Virus record (IMG/VR): IMGVR_UViG_3300034091_000306
Origin: an uncultured virus (IMG/VR IMGVR_UViG_3300034091_000306)
Taxonomy: Duplodnaviria; Heunggongvirae; Uroviricota; Caudoviricetes
Direction: 5' to 3' (one strand)
Length of the DNA stretch: 20,000 nt
The notes below the pieces were generated by a model. It had not been told where the DNA came from, did no database searches, and saw nothing but the letters and a program-made list of their open reading frames with translations. Below are positions 17,166-20,000 of this stretch, in pieces. The translations under genes and the position numbers were made by a program. Position 1 is the first letter of the stretch; every line of letters begins with the position of its first letter.

Positions 17166-17522
17166 CTCTGGAGGCAGCAGGACGCCTCGCGCAACTCCGT
17201 CCAGATGGCAGCGCGGCACCACTTCTCGCACAAGGCGTGCAACGATCTGAACGGGAAGGAGCTACAGGAAAAGCTCTTCACCGAGGCCGGCGTGAACTGG
17301 TACGACTATCCCCCCGCCTTCAAGCGCGGGACGTTCATCAAGCACGCGAAGACGCGACGCGCGTTCACCGCCGAAGAGCTGGCCGAGCTGCCGCCGCTCC
17401 ACGATGCCAGGAAGGACCCGAGCCTCGTGGTCGAGCGCCGCATCCTAGTCGAGTGCGACCTTGACCTACGCGGGATCGAGGACCGCGCTTCGACACTTTT
17501 TGCAGACCAGGAACGGGGTTGA
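17166..17522 (+). pseudogene. thg1: Thg1-like protein, C-terminal half
   Basis: CTC TGG AGG CAG CAG GAC... = LWRQQDASRNSVQMAARHHFSHK...LQEKLF...GVNWYDYPPAFKRGTF; in-frame TGA at 17157-17159 just upstream. Confidence 0.9.
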
Positions 17523-17570
17523 CGTGGGTTCGATCGTGTCCCCGGGGCGGGAGGGGAGGAATGAGACGTA

Positions 17571-17822
17571 ATGGGAACTGGAACGAGGGGCGACAAGACC
17601 GGCCCGGTATGGCGCTTGGCGACTGATCGTGGGCGCGGGTACATCACCCCCGAGGATGTGGGCGATGCCATCAACGCTGGCGCGACTCGTGAGGAGGTGT
17701 GGCGAGACGTGCTGATCGCCGTGGACATCAAGTCGGCAGAGGATGCCTCGCTTTGCGCGTTCATGGCACTCAACAAGTTCGATTCGCTCAGCTCCCCGGG
17801 GCGGGAGGGGAAAGCGCGATGA
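17571..17822 (+). CDS. Hypothetical protein ending SPGREGKAR
   Basis: GGAGGA upstream; ATGA-coupled to the next ORF. Confidence 0.7.
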   Translation: MGTGTRGDKTGPVWRLATDRGRGYITPEDVGDAINAGATREEVWRDVLIAVDIKSAEDASLCAFMALNKFDSLSSPGREGKAR

Positions 17823-18088
17823 GTAACGAGCGCACGCCGATTACGCACGTCGCCATTCGTTTCCGCGGAGTGGTGTACTCGCTACCACGCCCGAGCAGAC
17901 ATCATCACGTCATCCGCGAGATCATTCGGTTGAATCCCGATGTGTGCTCAGTGAGCGGCGAGGAGCAAGGCTTTCTTGACGAAAGCGGACGGTTCCTCAG
18001 TCGCGCAGCGGCACTCGTGAGCGCGGTCAAGTTCGGTCAACTGCGCGCCGAGCCGCGAGGCGTCCTCACGAGCGAGGATTTGTGGTGA
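17819..18088 (+). CDS. Phage-type hypothetical protein (RHHH...EQGFL...GRFLSR...SEDLW)
   Basis: ATGA coupling; motif pattern recalled from small phage proteins, not checked by search. Confidence 0.75.
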   Translation: MSNERTPITHVAIRFRGVVYSLPRPSRHHHVIREIIRLNPDVCSVSGEEQGFLDESGRFLSRAAALVSAVKFGQLRAEPRGVLTSEDLW

Positions 18089-18137
18089 CCATGAAGCTGT
18101 CCCCGGGGCGGCGGCGGGAGGGGAAGCAGGAGAAGTA

Positions 18138-18299
18138 ATGGCGCTCGTGTGGTTCACCGTCTCGATGTTACTTGCGGGCACGACCTGCGCGCTCGCCGTC
18201 GAAGTGCGGAAGTTGCGGGACAGTCTGCGCGTACGCGATGTGCTGCTCGGTTGGTCAAAAAGGAAGCCGTCCATGGGGCGGGAAGGGAAACGGCGATGA
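18138..18299 (+). CDS. 53-aa membrane-anchored/signal-peptide protein ending SMGREGKRR, not in ORF track
   Basis: RBS AGGAG; hydrophobic N-terminus MALVWFTVSMLLAGTTCALAV; ATGA-coupled to 18296. Confidence 0.6.
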   Translation: MALVWFTVSMLLAGTTCALAVEVRKLRDSLRVRDVLLGWSKRKPSMGREGKRR

Positions 18300-18718
18300 A
18301 TAGCGAGGTGTCCGCGCAGACCCGACGAGAGCAGATGCGAGCCCAGTCTCGTAAGGAGGCGGAGTGCATCTTCAAGCTCGCCGGTTTCGAGATTCGTCAC
18401 ACGTGGGAACTTGCAAACGGATACTGGCCCGACGCACCCGACTACGACGATGTTCGCACACCGTGGTGGCTGTTCTTGACGGATATGGGTCCGATTCGCA
18501 TCGGGCGCCGAAAGAGAGTGATCGAGATCGACTGGCGCGCCTGCGACGTTCGCGGTGAGGTAACCGAGGACGAGGTGACCAAAGAGAATTATCTCGTTCA
18601 CGCCTACTCCAGCGAGAAGGCGATTGAGTACATGCGCGCGCTGCGAGCACTGTCCCCGGGGCGGGAGGGGATAGTGATCCAGTGTCCCGACTGCCTCGAG
18701 AACATCCGATGCGCTTGA
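18296..18718 (+). CDS. Hypothetical phage protein (LANGYWP...PWWLFLTDMGPIRIGRRKRVIEIDW)
   Basis: ATGA-coupled start; Trp-rich core; reads through a junction motif (LSPGREG). Confidence 0.75.
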   Translation: MNSEVSAQTRREQMRAQSRKEAECIFKLAGFEIRHTWELANGYWPDAPDYDDVRTPWWLFLTDMGPIRIGRRKRVIEIDWRACDVRGEVTEDEVTKENYLVHAYSSEKAIEYMRALRALSPGREGIVIQCPDCLENIRCA

Positions 18719-18755
18719 CGCCCATCGTGCGAATGTCGAACGCGCGCTGCGAGCG

Positions 18756-19031
18756 TTGTCCCCGGACACTGCGCCTTGTGAACGCAGCGGGGGCTTCATC
18801 GTCTCGTACGAGGAGCGGGGCGACGGCGTCCTGACGAGCCGACACTTTCCGGACGTACGCGGGGGTGAACTAGGTATCGCTACGCTGGAAGAGGCGTGGT
18901 CGCGAGCAGGCAAGCTGGCCGCGAAGAGCGACCCCGACCGAATCGTGAACATCTACGTGTGCTCCGCGATCGACTTCGTGCCTGAGCCGCACTACCGCGA
19001 ACGCATCATGCACGTCTATCCGACGCGATGA
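18756..19031 (+). CDS. Hypothetical protein (start uncertain, TTG)
   Basis: Protein-like frame GFIVSYEERGDG...VNIYVC; the frame is open from 18678 without an ATG. Confidence 0.55.
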   Translation: MSPDTAPCERSGGFIVSYEERGDGVLTSRHFPDVRGGELGIATLEEAWSRAGKLAAKSDPDRIVNIYVCSAIDFVPEPHYRERIMHVYPTR

Positions 19032-19068
19032 AGCTATCCCCGGGCGGACCCCGAAAAAGGAGTGATAA

Positions 19069-19254
19069 ATGTGTGCCATCCCCGGAAGATGCTACGTCGA
19101 AACCGACAAGGGTATACACCTCTGGTGTATCTCTGTGTCCCGCGGACACGTGAATCTGGCCTATGAACGAGGAGGAACGATTGCAGTGTGTCTGACGGTA
19201 GAGGACTTCGGGATCTTCTTTGAGCTATCCCCCGACGAGGCAGTGAGCAAATGA
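19069..19254 (+). CDS. Small hypothetical protein
   Basis: RBS AAGGAG; ATGA-coupled to the next ORF. Confidence 0.6.
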   Translation: MCAIPGRCYVETDKGIHLWCISVSRGHVNLAYERGGTIAVCLTVEDFGIFFELSPDEAVSK

Positions 19255-19649
19255 CGCCTTGGGATCGAAAACGCATCCACACCCTCGCGTTGCTCGAGCG
19301 CGGCTCCATCACGCTTTGGGATGGATGGATCGTCTGCGATCCCGTCGGCGACAGCCCGGCTTTACCTGCCGTTCGCGAGTTCGCTAAGAAATATAGAGTC
19401 AATTTTCTCGACTACCGTTCGGGCTTATGGGGAAAGCCAAAACCGAACCTCACGATCATCATGCCCAGCGCCAATGTGTCAATGAGGGATTTGATTACGA
19501 ACACGCGCAAGGACGGCGAAATTTGCGTCTACACGCTGCCGGAAAGAATGCCCAGCACTTTCATTTCAAACCTTGAAATAGGACCACCTGATGTATTTAC
19601 TCTCCCAAACGACAGCCGCTTGGGTGTTCGGCCGTGGACGAGGTACTAG
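19251..19649 (+). CDS. Hypothetical protein
   Basis: ATGA coupling, GAGG upstream. Confidence 0.65.
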   Translation: MTPWDRKRIHTLALLERGSITLWDGWIVCDPVGDSPALPAVREFAKKYRVNFLDYRSGLWGKPKPNLTIIMPSANVSMRDLITNTRKDGEICVYTLPERMPSTFISNLEIGPPDVFTLPNDSRLGVRPWTRY

Positions 19650-19679
19650 AAGCAACGTGCTAGATCTGCGAGGGATCGA

Positions 19680-20000
19680 ATGAGTAATATAGCCGCTGCC
19701 GGCATCGTCGGAAAGAAGACCGTCAAACCGACACAGCCCTTTGTGAAGGTGACTGGCGGAAAACGAAAGCTCGTCCCGGAGATCTTGCAGGTACTCCCGC
19801 TCACGTTCGGCACCTACCACGAGCCATTCCTCGGCGGAGGAGCGCTCTTCTTTGCGTTGAAGCCGGAGAAGGCAATCCTATCCGATCTCAACGGCAAGCT
19901 CATCAACGTCTACAAGGTGATCCGAAACGACGTCGATTCGCTCATCCGGCACCTGAAGAAATATAAGAACAGCGAGAAGTTCTACTATAAGATCCGTGCA
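19680..20000 (+). CDS. dam: Dam-family (D12 class) DNA adenine methyltransferase, 3'-partial; not in ORF track
   Basis: Manual translation: PFVKVTGGKRKL...YHEPFLGGGALFF...ILSDLNGKLINVYKVIR...FYYKIR (motifs X, I and II of Dam/DpnM-like MTases). Confidence 0.9.
   Translation, partial: MSNIAAAGIVGKKTVKPTQPFVKVTGGKRKLVPEILQVLPLTFGTYHEPFLGGGALFFALKPEKAILSDLNGKLINVYKVIRNDVDSLIRHLKKYKNSEKFYYKIRA

Larger units (their letters stand above)
17539..19240 (+). repeat. Dispersed 18-bp junction motif TCCCCGGGGCGGGAGGGG
   Basis: Exact at 17539-17556, 17793-17810 and 18653-18670; with a 6-bp insertion at 18100-18123; 3 mismatches at 18270-18287; partial copies near 18759, 19037 and 19228. Confidence 0.9.

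Noticed and set aside
17205..17522. Stand-alone intact gene starting at ATG 17205
   Set aside because: Thg1 similarity (LWRQQDASRNSVQ) extends upstream of this ATG, so it is an internal Met; no clear RBS.
17510..17560. tRNA fragment (GGTTCGAT T-loop-like) or attP next to the first repeat
   Set aside because: Flanking bases do not form a T-stem or cloverleaf.
17539..18670. Integron attC sites
   Set aside because: No RYYYAAC/GTTRRRY ends or long imperfect palindrome, and no integron integrase in the window.
17539..19240. CRISPR array interpretation of the 18-bp repeats
   Set aside because: Intervening segments are 170-380 bp, variable in length and protein-coding; no cas genes in the window.
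120..19820. Long minus-strand ORFs (e.g. 120-977, 14329-15225, 17948-18952)
   Set aside because: They are antisense shadows of GC-rich + strand genes, with no motifs or RBS.

Overview
GC-rich, gene-dense, phage-like accessory region. Essentially all credible genes are short, on the + strand and translationally coupled (ATGA/GTGA/TAATG overlaps). No structural, integrase, rRNA, tRNA or CRISPR loci are visible. Recognisable genes are a DUF932-like protein (partial), a DUF2786-like protein, an HExxH protein, a myxobacterial-style lipoprotein, an AT-hook/CCHC zinc-knuckle protein, a Pol-beta-superfamily nucleotidyltransferase, a Thg1-like tRNA(His) guanylyltransferase and a Dam-family methyltransferase (partial). 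The main anomaly is that the Thg1-like gene is split at about 14724/17166 by a ~2.44 kb block with no mobility genes. The block begins and ends in the middle of genes and carries a dNMP-kinase C-terminal half (fused in frame to the Thg1 N-half), a MazG-like pyrophosphatase and a HAD 5'(3')-deoxyribonucleotidase. Other signals: a conserved 18-bp motif (TCCCCGGGGCGGGAGGGG) at the junctions of small ORFs in 17.5-19.3 kb; several pairs of neighbouring genes sharing duplicated 3' ends; two copies of a structured intergenic element with conserved architecture (1216-1290, 1980-2097); and a possible kissing-hairpin element at 11238-11285. All family calls come from motif recognition by eye, without database searches.
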